DNA of 64,000 nt from Bacteroidota bacterium. GTDB taxonomy: Bacteria; Bacteroidota; Bacteroidia; UKL13-3. The notes beneath the pieces were generated by a model that was given only the letters and a program-made list of their open reading frames with translations, ran no database searches and had not been told where the DNA came from. Shown here piece by piece: positions 18,278-27,500 of the stretch; positions within the stretch are counted from its first letter, which is position 1, and every line of letters begins with the position of its first letter. Both the position numbers and the translations under genes were made by a program. The DNA is taken from assembly GCA_947453415.1 (NCBI GenBank), contig CANGGG010000007.1, positions 866 to 64,865 of the forward strand, read 5' to 3'.

Positions 18278-18979
18278 ATGGAAGACAGTTTTGATAAATT
18301 TAATGGTATTAAAGCTTGGGCTGAAGACGACAGACCAAGAGAAAAATTTATTCTTAAAGGTAAAAACTCACTAAGCAGCGCTGAACTTTTAGCCATACTT
18401 ATTGGAACGGGAACAAGAAAAGAATCTGCGGTAGATTTAGGTAGAAAAATATTACAATTAACCCATGAAAATTTAAACGATTTAGCAAAATTATCAATTA
18501 CTGATTTAAAAAAAATAAAAGGAATTGGCCAGGCTAAAGCCATAACTATTGCGGCAGCCCTAGAATTAGGAAGAAGAAGAAAAGAGGAAGATGCCAAAGA
18601 AGTACAAATTATTACTTCATCGCGTGATGCATATAATTATTTTGAACCGCTGATTTCAGATTTGCCACACGAAGAATTTTGGATTTTATTATTGGCTAGA
18701 AATAAAAAAGTAATTACAAAAAAACAAATTAGCGCTGGTGGCATAGCAGGAACAGTAGTTGATTTGAAAATTATTTTTAAAATTGCGCTCGAAAATTTAG
18801 CAAGTTATATGGTGTTATGTCATAACCATCCTTCTGGAAATTTAACGCCTAGTTCGGCTGATATTCAAATTACTAAAAATATAAAATCAGCAGGTAAAAT
18901 TTTAGAGATTGAAATTGTAGATCATATTATAATTGGCGGTAATAAGTATTATAGTTTTGCCGATAATGATATTTTTTAA
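18278..18979 (+). CDS. radC: RadC-family JAB/MPN domain protein
   Basis: 233 aa from ATG 18278 (MEDSFDKF...). HhH region KIKGIGQAKA. JAMM motif HNHPSGNLTPSSAD. Confidence 0.9.
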   Translation: MEDSFDKFNGIKAWAEDDRPREKFILKGKNSLSSAELLAILIGTGTRKESAVDLGRKILQLTHENLNDLAKLSITDLKKIKGIGQAKAITIAAALELGRRRKEEDAKEVQIITSSRDAYNYFEPLISDLPHEEFWILLLARNKKVITKKQISAGGIAGTVVDLKIIFKIALENLASYMVLCHNHPSGNLTPSSADIQITKNIKSAGKILEIEIVDHIIIGGNKYYSFADNDIF

Positions 18980-19037
18980 ACTTTTATCGCTTTCTTGTAT
19001 CACAAGCATTATTCTATTTTTTTAAACCAAAAGTTAA

Positions 19038-19598
19038 TTGAAAACTGAACTAAGCGACAATGAAATAATTTTAAAATTTGCAGACGAGAAAACACGTACT
19101 GCGGCCTTTGAATTAATTCTAGAAAAATACCAAAAGAAAACCTATTGGCATATTCGCAGAATAGTGGTTAGCCATGATGATGCAGACGATGTTTTACAAA
19201 ATACTTTTATAAAGGTTTGGGAAAATTTAAGCAAATTCAGAGAAGATAGTAAACTTTATACTTGGATTTATAGAATTGCAACCAATGAAGCTTTGCAATT
19301 TATTCAAAAGAAAAAACAAAATTATAATATTACATTAGACGATGTTTCCTACGAATTAAGCAGCTATTTAACTGCTGATAATTATTTTGATGGAAATAAT
19401 ATAGCCCTGAAATTACAACAAGCAATTTTAACTTTACCCAACAAACAGCGCTTAGTATTTAATATGAAATACTATGAAAATATGAAATATGAAGACATGA
19501 AAGATGTATTGGAAACAAGTGTTGGCGCGCTTAAAGCATCTTATTTTCATGCAGTAAAAAAAATAGAAGATTACATGAAAAATGAAATCAATCAATAA
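19038..19598 (+). CDS. RNA polymerase ECF-type sigma-70 factor
   Basis: 186 aa. Region 2 DDVLQNTFIKVWENLSKF...WIYRIATNEA. Region 4 LPNKQRLVFNMKYYENMKYEDMKDVLETSVGALKASYFHAVKKI. TTG start. Confidence 0.88.
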   Translation: MKTELSDNEIILKFADEKTRTAAFELILEKYQKKTYWHIRRIVVSHDDADDVLQNTFIKVWENLSKFREDSKLYTWIYRIATNEALQFIQKKKQNYNITLDDVSYELSSYLTADNYFDGNNIALKLQQAILTLPNKQRLVFNMKYYENMKYEDMKDVLETSVGALKASYFHAVKKIEDYMKNEINQ

Positions 19599-19657
19599 AA
19601 AAAATATCTGATTAAATTAAACCATCAACGGTTTATGGTATCAATGTAAAACATAAA

Positions 19658-20200
19658 ATGAAAGACGAGTTAGAAAATATAGATGATGAATTTTTGAAAA
19701 ATATAGGAAACAAAGGTGATTTTGGCGTTCCTGAAAAATATTTTGATCAATCGAAAGCAAGTATTTTAAGTAAAATAAATGCAGATTATAATTTTGCTGT
19801 AAGTAATAGTGAAGGTGATTTTATAGTTCCTAATAATTATTTTGAAACAAGTAAAAAACAAATTTTAACAGAAATAAATAATAAAGCTGCTGTAAAAACA
19901 AATGTACTTACTTTTGCAAATTGGCAGCTAATAAGCGGAATTGCTGCAATTTTTATTGCAATTATTTCCCTATTTGTTTTTTTTAATATTAAAAATAACA
20001 GCAGTTTAAACGCAAACTTAAACAAGGTAAGTGAAGCTGAAATGATTGAATATTTGGCCAATAACGATGTAAAAATAGAATGGATTAATGAGTTAAATCC
20101 AGAAATAAAAACTGAATCCAAAAAAGACAATAACAACAAAGAAATAGAACAATATTTATTAGAGCATGCTGACGAACAAGCACTATTAGACGAACTTTAA
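19658..20200 (+). CDS. anti-sigma-factor-like single-pass membrane protein
   Basis: 180 aa. Lies immediately downstream of the ECF sigma gene. One TM span (LISGIAAIFIAIISLFVFF). The cytoplasmic part holds two copies of the motif GDFxVPxxYFxxSKxxILxxIN. No zinc anti-sigma HxxxCxxC motif. Confidence 0.6.
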   Translation: MKDELENIDDEFLKNIGNKGDFGVPEKYFDQSKASILSKINADYNFAVSNSEGDFIVPNNYFETSKKQILTEINNKAAVKTNVLTFANWQLISGIAAIFIAIISLFVFFNIKNNSSLNANLNKVSEAEMIEYLANNDVKIEWINELNPEIKTESKKDNNNKEIEQYLLEHADEQALLDEL

Positions 20201-20213
20201 GAAAAAAAATACC

Positions 20214-20645
20214 ATGAAAAAATATATTTATTTAGTAGCAATTTTTGCAACAATTTCATTGAATGCAATGGCACAAAAAGGTGAAAGATTAGAAACCATG
20301 AAAATTGGTTTTATAACGGAACGATTGAATTTAAGTAGCGATGAAGCTAAGGTATTTTGGCCTGTTTACAACAAATTTACTGACGATATGAAGAAATTAC
20401 GTCAAAGTTCAAAAGGAAAAATTTCGGAGGAAATGGCCGACATGTCAGCAATGACTGATGCAGAAGCTGAAAAAGTTTTGAATGATATGGTGAATTTCAA
20501 AATTCAAGAAGCCGATTTACTTAAAAAATATGCTGCAGAATTTAAAAAGGTTTTACCTGTTAAAAAGGTAGTTTTACTCTTTAAAGCAGAAAACGATTTT
20601 AAACGTGAATTGCTTAAAAAATTATCTCAACGAAATAGGGATTAA
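20214..20645 (+). CDS. periplasmic Spy/CpxP-like (LTxxQ-type) helical protein
   Basis: 143 aa with a signal peptide. Helical, Lys/Glu-rich, with LNLSSDEAKVFWPVYNKF. Third gene of the ECF cluster. Confidence 0.55.
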   Translation: MKKYIYLVAIFATISLNAMAQKGERLETMKIGFITERLNLSSDEAKVFWPVYNKFTDDMKKLRQSSKGKISEEMADMSAMTDAEAEKVLNDMVNFKIQEADLLKKYAAEFKKVLPVKKVVLLFKAENDFKRELLKKLSQRNRD

Positions 20646-20674
20646 CAAATATAATTAACAGAATATTTTCAAAT

Positions 20675-20705
20675 GCCAGCAGCTAGAAGCTAGCTGCCAG
20701 AAGCC
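20675..20705. repeat. intergenic word element, gctggcag/ctagaagc class
   Basis: gccagcagctagaagctagctgccagaagcc, between the convergent 20214..20645 and 20712..21623 genes. Confidence 0.8.
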
Positions 20706-20711
20706 AAAAAC

Positions 20712-21623
20712 CTACTTCCTCAACGTAATTTCTACACTTTCTCCTTCTTTTATCATTAGCGAATTGCTACGTAACCAAGGATTTAAAAGTTTTACTGTTT
20801 TGTAATTGGTTTTAAACATAATTGCCCAATCTGCAAGATTTGGAATTGAATAATTTACCGAATGAGTCGATGTTGGTATGGTTTCGTATAAATGTCCTTT
20901 GGCTATATAAAATCCATATTGCTGCGATTTTTCAGCAATTTCCTTAATAGCTAAAATCCTAAAAACATAACGTGAAGTTTCGGTATTTAAGTACAAATCG
21001 TAATAACTGTTACCAGATTGCGTTTTTAGCTGACGTTTTAAACCTTCAATTCCCATGTTATAACTGGCAGCCACTAAGCCCCAATCGTTAAATTCCGAAA
21101 ACGATTCTTTAAAATATTTGCATGCAGCATAAGTAGCTTTTTCAAGGTGATAGCGTTCATCTACTTCATCATTTATTTTTAGTCCGTACTGTTTTCCGGT
21201 TTTATCCATAAACTGCCAAAAACCTGCCGCACCAGCTGGTGAAACCACATTCATTAAACCACTTTCAATTAAGGCTACATACTTTAAATCGTCAGGCAAG
21301 CCTTGTTCTTTCAATATTTTTTCAATAGTTGGAAAAAACCGATTGGCACGTTTTAATAATAATATAGTTTGCGACTGCCAGTAAACATTGGTTAATAATT
21401 CTCTATCGAAACGTTCTTTTACATCAAATTCTTTTAAACTTATTTTCTGATTGGCAAAATATACAAATTCAGGAATGGGAAGCGAGTAACATTTTAAACT
21501 TTGATCAATCAATTGTTGTTGCTTATCGTCCTCACGCAAACTGGCGTTAATAAACATGCCGCTTCCAAAGCAAATAATTGCTAGCAGTAAAATAATGACT
21601 GTATTCTTGTTTACAAGTTTCAT
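20712..21623 (-). CDS. lytic transglycosylase (SLT domain) protein
   Basis: 303 aa with an N-terminal TM/signal. SLT catalytic region YVALIESGLMNVVSPAGAAGFWQFM. Confidence 0.85.
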   Translation of the reverse strand: MKLVNKNTVIILLLAIICFGSGMFINASLREDDKQQQLIDQSLKCYSLPIPEFVYFANQKISLKEFDVKERFDRELLTNVYWQSQTILLLKRANRFFPTIEKILKEQGLPDDLKYVALIESGLMNVVSPAGAAGFWQFMDKTGKQYGLKINDEVDERYHLEKATYAACKYFKESFSEFNDWGLVAASYNMGIEGLKRQLKTQSGNSYYDLYLNTETSRYVFRILAIKEIAEKSQQYGFYIAKGHLYETIPTSTHSVNYSIPNLADWAIMFKTNYKTVKLLNPWLRSNSLMIKEGESVEITLRK

Positions 21624-21625
21624 GT

Positions 21626-22693
21626 TTATTCTTCTTCAAATGGTTTAAAGTGAGCGTAATTTTTCCATTTATCGAGCACTTGAACAAAATCATCAGGCAA
21701 TGGACTTTCAAAAAACATGCGTTCACCAGTTACCGGATGCGTAAATCCTAATGAACGTGCGTGCAGCGCCTGACGTGGAAGAATTGCAAAGCAATTGTCT
21801 ACAAACTGCTTGTATTTGGTAAAAGTAGTTCCTTTTAAAATTCTATCGCCACCATAAGTGGTATCGCCAAATAGTGGGTGACCAATGCTTTTAGCATGAA
21901 CCCTAATTTGATGTGTACGGCCAGTTTCTAATTTTAATTCTATTAAACTTACATAGGTTAAACTTTGTAAAACTTTGTAATGGGTAACACTCCATTTTCC
22001 TTTTTCTTCTTCATTGTAAAGTTGAAATATTTTTCTGTCGTGGTTACTTCTTCCAATATAACCTGTAATTGTTCCTTCAGGTTCTGGCATTTCGCCCCAT
22101 GCAATGGCATTATAACTGCGATCAATGCTGTGTTCGTAAAACTGTTTTGCCAAATGTGTCATGGCATGTTCACTTTTTGCCACTACTAAAAGTCCGGTAG
22201 TATTTTTATCAATTCTATGCACCAATCCAGGACGAATATTGTTTTCTTGCGCAAAAGGTAAATCTTTAAAATGCCAAGCCAAAGCATTTACCAAAGTCCC
22301 AGTTGTGTTATTATATCCAGGATGAACCACCATGTTTGTAGGTTTATTTACTATCAATAACGAATCATCTTCGTAAATAATATCAAGCGGAATATTTTCG
22401 GCAACTATTTCGGTATTAGCTGGTGGATTTGGTAAAACGATGCTAATGATATCAAGCGGTTTTACTTTGTAATTCGATTTTACAGGCTTATCATTTACCA
22501 AAACACAACCCAATTCACAAGCTTGTTGCAATTTAGAACGAGTAGCATTGGCAATGCGAATCATTAAATATTTGTCTATACGCAGCAAGGCTTGGCCTTT
22601 TTCCACTTCTACTCTATGGTGTTCGTATAGTTCTTGGTCTTCGTTTTGGTCGTCTTCGTTTTGGTCGTTTTTTAAAAGCGGCTTTAAATACAT
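21626..22693 (-). CDS. rluD: RluA-family 23S rRNA pseudouridine synthase (RluD-like)
   Basis: 355 aa. S4 domain, catalytic GLVHRIDKNTTGLLVVAK, then TGRTHQIRVH. N-terminus carries a tandem DQNED duplication. Confidence 0.9.
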   Translation of the reverse strand: MYLKPLLKNDQNEDDQNEDQELYEHHRVEVEKGQALLRIDKYLMIRIANATRSKLQQACELGCVLVNDKPVKSNYKVKPLDIISIVLPNPPANTEIVAENIPLDIIYEDDSLLIVNKPTNMVVHPGYNNTTGTLVNALAWHFKDLPFAQENNIRPGLVHRIDKNTTGLLVVAKSEHAMTHLAKQFYEHSIDRSYNAIAWGEMPEPEGTITGYIGRSNHDRKIFQLYNEEEKGKWSVTHYKVLQSLTYVSLIELKLETGRTHQIRVHAKSIGHPLFGDTTYGGDRILKGTTFTKYKQFVDNCFAILPRQALHARSLGFTHPVTGERMFFESPLPDDFVQVLDKWKNYAHFKPFEEE

Positions 22694-22753
22694 GGTGCAA
22701 AAGTAAGGCTTTTTGATGGTTAATAGACCATGTACGATAGTTTATTATTAGAC

Positions 22754-22871
22754 TTTCTATGGTTCATCGTCTATCAACTATTGTCTAACCAACACCGCAG
22801 CGCACCAACCATTTGTTACTACTTTTTGTTGTAAATTTAAACCAAAAGCTTGGCAACAATTTAACAAATCA
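22754..22871. repeat. direct repeat copy 1 (118 bp) flanking TA cassette 1
   Basis: Matches 23450-23567 with 4 mismatches. Confidence 0.95.
22778..22871 (-). pseudogene. orphan duplicated 3'-terminal fragment of prmA (30 codons plus stop)
   Basis: Reads ...DLLNCCQAFGLNLQQKVVTNGWCAAVLVRQ*, identical in protein to the end of the intact prmA. No upstream coding sequence is attached. Confidence 0.85.
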
Positions 22872-22875
22872 ATTT

Positions 22876-23157
22876 CTAAACTAGCATTTTTGAAGCGTGA
22901 TGAATTGTTAAAATAAATATTTGATCTTCTTTTATCAAATGAACAATTCTGTAGTTACCTTCAATTAATTCTCTTACATTTTCATTATTAAATTCTGGCA
23001 CTTTTCTTCCTGAAAGCGGTTGAATTTTAAGCTGCTGAGTTCTTAATTTGATTCTTTTTACTTGAATACTAGCATACTTTTTAGAATCTTGAGCAATGTA
23101 GTCAAAGATATTTTTCAAATCATATAATGATTTATTTGACCATCTTATTTTGACCAT
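22876..23157 (-). CDS. type II toxin, ParE/RelE superfamily
   Basis: 93 aa. Pattern IRWSNKSLYDLKNIFDYIAQDS...PLSGRKVPEF...VRELIEGNYRIVHLI..DQIFILTIHH is typical of ParE-like toxins. Overlaps the upstream antitoxin gene by 13 nt. Confidence 0.8.
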   Translation of the reverse strand: MVKIRWSNKSLYDLKNIFDYIAQDSKKYASIQVKRIKLRTQQLKIQPLSGRKVPEFNNENVRELIEGNYRIVHLIKEDQIFILTIHHASKMLV

Positions 23158-23327
23158 TTTTCAATTAAATTATCAACTTCCGATTCATTTACCACATTAT
23201 TTAAATCCACATCCTTTATTCCTTCTTCTATTTTTTGAATAAAAATAATGCGTTCAATTAAATCTTCTGTTGTAGCATCAGTTGGCATTTTTTCGATGGT
23301 TTCAATTATTTGTTTTTTCAAAAGCAT
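23145..23327 (-). CDS. putative antitoxin (small acidic addiction-module component)
   Basis: 60 aa, acidic, overlapping the toxin gene. The C-terminal IEEGIKDVDLNNVVNESEVDNLIEKW resembles addiction-module-component antitoxins as I remember them. Confidence 0.65.
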   Translation of the reverse strand: MLLKKQIIETIEKMPTDATTEDLIERIIFIQKIEEGIKDVDLNNVVNESEVDNLIEKWSK

Positions 23328-23331
23328 AGTT

Positions 23332-23339
23332 CAAATATA
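23332..23339 (-). promoter_or_regulatory. putative -7 box TATATTTG of TA cassette 1
   Basis: Exact TAnnTTTG match on the minus strand, 4 nt upstream of the antitoxin ATG (23327). Confidence 0.5.
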
Positions 23340-23449
23340 ATAAATAACTTGCTTTTTTTATGTTTTCAATTTTAGAATGTAATCAAAAAAGTTTGAATTA
23401 TAATTACAGCTACAATCCTGTAAATCCTAAAAATCTTGATTCAGACAAT

Positions 23450-23567
23450 TTTCTATGGTCTATCGTCTATCAACTATTGTCTAACCAACACCGCAGCGCA
23501 CCAACCATTTGTTACTACTTTTTGCTGTAAATTTAACCCAAAAGCTTGGCAACAATTTAACAAATCA
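23450..23567. repeat. direct repeat copy 2 (118 bp), includes the 3' end of the intact prmA
   Basis: Matches 22754-22871. Covers 24 nt downstream of the prmA stop, the stop itself (23474-23476) and the last 91 coding nt. Confidence 0.95.
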
Positions 23568-24301
23568 GGCAAATCGGTTTCATAAAAACCACTGATTAAC
23601 ACCATGCCATTTTGCTTTACATGTTTGCTCAGTTGCTCAAAACTTTTTAGTAAAATATTTTTGTTGATATTGGCTAAAATAATGTCGTATTCCACATTTG
23701 GAACAATACTCAAATCTCCTTTTTGATAATCAATATTGGTAATTTTGTTATAGCCTGCATTTTCACCTACGTTTTCAAAAGCCCAATCATCTATATCGTT
23801 TGCAAAAATATTGGTAGCTCCTAATTGCGAAGCTAGTATGGCTAAAACACCAGTTCCGCAGCCATAGTCAAAAACAGTTTTGTTGTTAAAATCCATTTTC
23901 AGCATCAGTTCCATAATGCTTTGGGTAGTTTCGTGGTGGCCAGTTCCAAACGAAGTTTTGGGTTGAATGATTATTTCATATTCATACTTTTCAGAAATAT
24001 TATGGAAAGGCGCTTTTATGATTAGTTTGTTACTTACTATTACCGGTTCAAAGCTGCTTTCCCAAAGTGCATTCCAGTTTTGCTGCGCAATATTGCTTGC
24101 TATAACTTGGCTTTTATCTACTGAATATTTAAAAATAATTTCATTGAACAATATTTCATCAAAAGCTTCTTCTTCCAAATATGCTTCAAAACCATGGTCG
24201 TTTTCTAAAAAACCTTCAAATCCAATTTCGGCCAATTCGGCTATTAACAATTCAGCTAATTCAGGGTTGCAGTTTATTTGAAATACTTTGTAATTGCTCA
24301 T
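23474..24301 (-). CDS. prmA: ribosomal protein L11 methyltransferase
   Basis: 275 aa. SAM motif VFDYGCGTGVLAI, ANDIDDWA and ILANI are typical PrmA signatures. Confidence 0.9.
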   Translation of the reverse strand: MSNYKVFQINCNPELAELLIAELAEIGFEGFLENDHGFEAYLEEEAFDEILFNEIIFKYSVDKSQVIASNIAQQNWNALWESSFEPVIVSNKLIIKAPFHNISEKYEYEIIIQPKTSFGTGHHETTQSIMELMLKMDFNNKTVFDYGCGTGVLAILASQLGATNIFANDIDDWAFENVGENAGYNKITNIDYQKGDLSIVPNVEYDIILANINKNILLKSFEQLSKHVKQNGMVLISGFYETDLPDLLNCCQAFGLNLQQKVVTNGWCAAVLVRQ

Positions 24302-24323
24302 GTTTTGATTACTTTTTGATGTG

Positions 24324-24331
24324 CAAATATA
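24324..24331 (-). promoter_or_regulatory. putative -7 box TATATTTG for prmA
   Basis: Exact TAnnTTTG match on the minus strand, 22 nt upstream of ATG 24301. Confidence 0.5.
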
Positions 24332-24504
24332 TTATAAAGCTGGTAAGAAATTTTGAATTTTAAAATTGCGCCAAATAGTCAATAAAATTTTGTTGGTTTA
24401 ATTTTAGCTAATTCATATTTGCTTTATAAAAAAAGTATCATTTTGATGCTATAAAATCCTTATTTTGCAAAATATTTTTTATCGAAAAAACAACGTTTTT
24501 GTAT

Positions 24505-27500
24505 ATGTTAAATGCCCTTTTAAAGAAATTATTTGGAAATAAATCAGACAGAGATTTAAAACCTATTTACCCAATTGTAGCTCAAATTACCGAAGAATAT
24601 GCCAAACTTCAATCCATAACTGATGACGAATTAAGGAATAAAACTGCTGAATTTAAGGCGTATATAAAATCTGAACTTACAGAAATAGATGCTAAAATAG
24701 CTGCACTTTTAGCTGAAACCGAAGTTGACGAAATTGATTTGTTAGACAAAGATGATTTGTTTAAGCAAATAGATAAATTGAAAAAAGACCGTGACGTGCA
24801 AATAGAAAAAGCACTGAACGAAATACTTCCACAAGCTTTTGCAGTGGTAAAAGAAACAGCACACAGACTTACCGAAAATAAACAATTAGTAGTTACCGCA
24901 AGTCAGTTTGACCGCGATTTAGCCGCACAAACAAAACCTGTAAAACCTGTTACCATTCAAGGTGATAAAGCTATTTATAGCAATACTTGGGATGCCGCTG
25001 GCAATAAAGTAGTTTGGAACATGGTGCATTACGATGTGCAATTAATTGGTGGAATTGTGTTGCATAGCGGAAAAATCTCGGAAATGGGAACAGGTGAGGG
25101 AAAAACTTTGGTTTCTACTTTACCTGCTTATTTAAATGCTTTGGCTGGCGAAGGCGTTCACATTGTAACTGTGAACGATTATTTGGCACGAAGAGATAGT
25201 GAATGGAATGCACCGTTATTTGAATTTCATGGTTTAAGAGTTGATTGTATTGATTACCATCAACCCAATACGGAAGCTAGGCGTTTGGCTTATTTGGCCG
25301 ATATTACTTACGGAACCAATAACGAATTTGGTTTTGATTATTTACGTGATAACATGGCGCGTGAAAAAGAAGAATTAGTTCAACGCAAACACCATTTTGC
25401 CATGGTAGATGAGGTGGATTCAGTGTTAGTTGATGATGCAAGAACACCATTAATTATTTCTGGTCCGGTACCAAAAGGCGATGACCAACAGTTTTTTGCT
25501 TTGAAACCACGTATTGAAAAATTAGTCAATGCCCAAAAGCAAGTTTTCAATATGGCATTAAGTGATGCTAAAAGATTGATTGCCGCAGGCGATGAAAAAA
25601 ATGGTGGTTTTAAATTATTGCAAGCACAGCGTGCAATGCCTAAAAACTCTGCATTAATAAAATATTTGGGAGAACAAGGTATCAAGCAAATATTAACCAA
25701 AACCGAAAGTTATTATTTACAAGATCAACAAAAAGAAATGCATAAAGTAGATGCGGATTTGTATTTTGTGATAGATGAAAAAGTAAACTCAATTGATTTA
25801 GTTGAAAAAGGCACGGAGTTAATTACCGCTAATGGCGAAGATCCGCAGTTTTTTATTATTCCTGATGTAGGTTCGGCCATTGCACAAATAGAAAATAAAG
25901 AAGGTATTTCGGCTGATCAAAAAGCAGAAGAAAAAGAGCAATTAATGCTTGATTTTTCTATCAAATCGGAGCGTATCCACACGGTAAATCAATTGCTAAA
26001 GGCATATTGTATGTTTGATAAAGATGTAGAATACATTTTATCGGATGGAAAAGTAAAAATAGTAGATGAGCAAACTGGTCGTGTGCTTGACGGACGTAGG
26101 TATAGCGATGGTTTACACCAAGCAATTGAAGCCAAAGAAAACGTAAAAGTAGAAGCTGCCACACAAACTTATGCTACAGTAACATTGCAAAACTTTTTTA
26201 GAATGTACCATAAATTATGTGGTATGACTGGAACTGCAGAAACAGAAGCTGGCGAATTATGGCAAATTTACAAATTAGATGTAGTGGTAATTCCATCAAA
26301 TAGAGCCATTGCTCGTAAAGATGAGAACGACATTATTTATAAAACTAAACGTGAAAAATACAATGCAGTAATTGACGACATTGTTAAACTTTCGGAAGCA
26401 GGACGACCAACATTGGTGGGAACAACATCGGTAGAAGTATCGGAATTATTAAGCCGAATGTTGACTATGCGTAAGCTAAAACACAATGTGTTAAATGCAA
26501 AACAAAACCAACGTGAAGCAGAAGTGATTGCGGAAGCAGGACAAAAAGGTGCGGTAACCATAGCTACCAACATGGCTGGAAGGGGAACCGATATAAAATT
26601 AGGTGAAGGCGTTAAAGATGCAGGCGGATTAGCAATTATTGGTACCGAACGCCACGAATCGCGAAGAGTAGATAGACAGTTACGTGGTCGTGCGGGACGA
26701 CAAGGAGACCCTGGTTCTTCGCGTTTTTATATTAGTTTGGAAGATGACTTAATGCGTTTGTTTGGAAGCGAACGAATAGCAAAAGTAATGGACAGATTAG
26801 GTATGAAAGAGGGTGAAAATATTGAACACTCAATGATTACTAAAAACATTGAAAATGCACAACGCAAAGTTGAACAAAATAACTTTGGAACTCGTAAGCG
26901 TTTGTTAGAATATGATGATGTAATGAACTCTCAGCGTGAAGTAATTTACGCTAAAAGAAGAAGTGCATTATATGGCGATAAATTAGAATTAGACTTGAGT
27001 AACATGCTTCACGATTTGTGTTACGAATTGGTAGAAACTTATCAGGAAATGAAAAGTTTTAGCGAGTTTAAATTAGAAACTTTGCGCTTACTAACTCATG
27101 AAGTTAAATTAACAGAAGATGAATTTAGTGGCAACACAGAGGTAGTTGTTGACTTGTTAATGGAAGAATTAAACGACCATTACAAATCAAAATTAGCGCA
27201 TATGGCTACCCAAGCTTTCCCGGTATTTAATCAAATAAATAACGAAAATAAAGTTCAACAACATGAAATGATTGTAGTGCCAATTACTGATGGTTTACGC
27301 AATATTCAATTACCAGTAAATATTAAAGATGCAGTTGCAAATCAAGGAAAAGAAGTAGCAAAAGTATTTGAAAAATTTGCCACACTTTGGATCATTGACG
27401 ATGAGTGGAAAGAGCATTTACGTGAAATGGACGATTTAAAACAATCATCTCAAAATGCGGTATTTGAACAAAAAGATCCTTTATTGATTTACAAATTAGA

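Noticed and set aside
18278-18979. RadC/JAB protein as a marker of a mobile element or anti-restriction island.
   Set aside because: It lies between rpsT and an ECF sigma cluster. No integrase, conjugation genes or flanking repeats are present. This is consistent with the conserved chromosomal radC.
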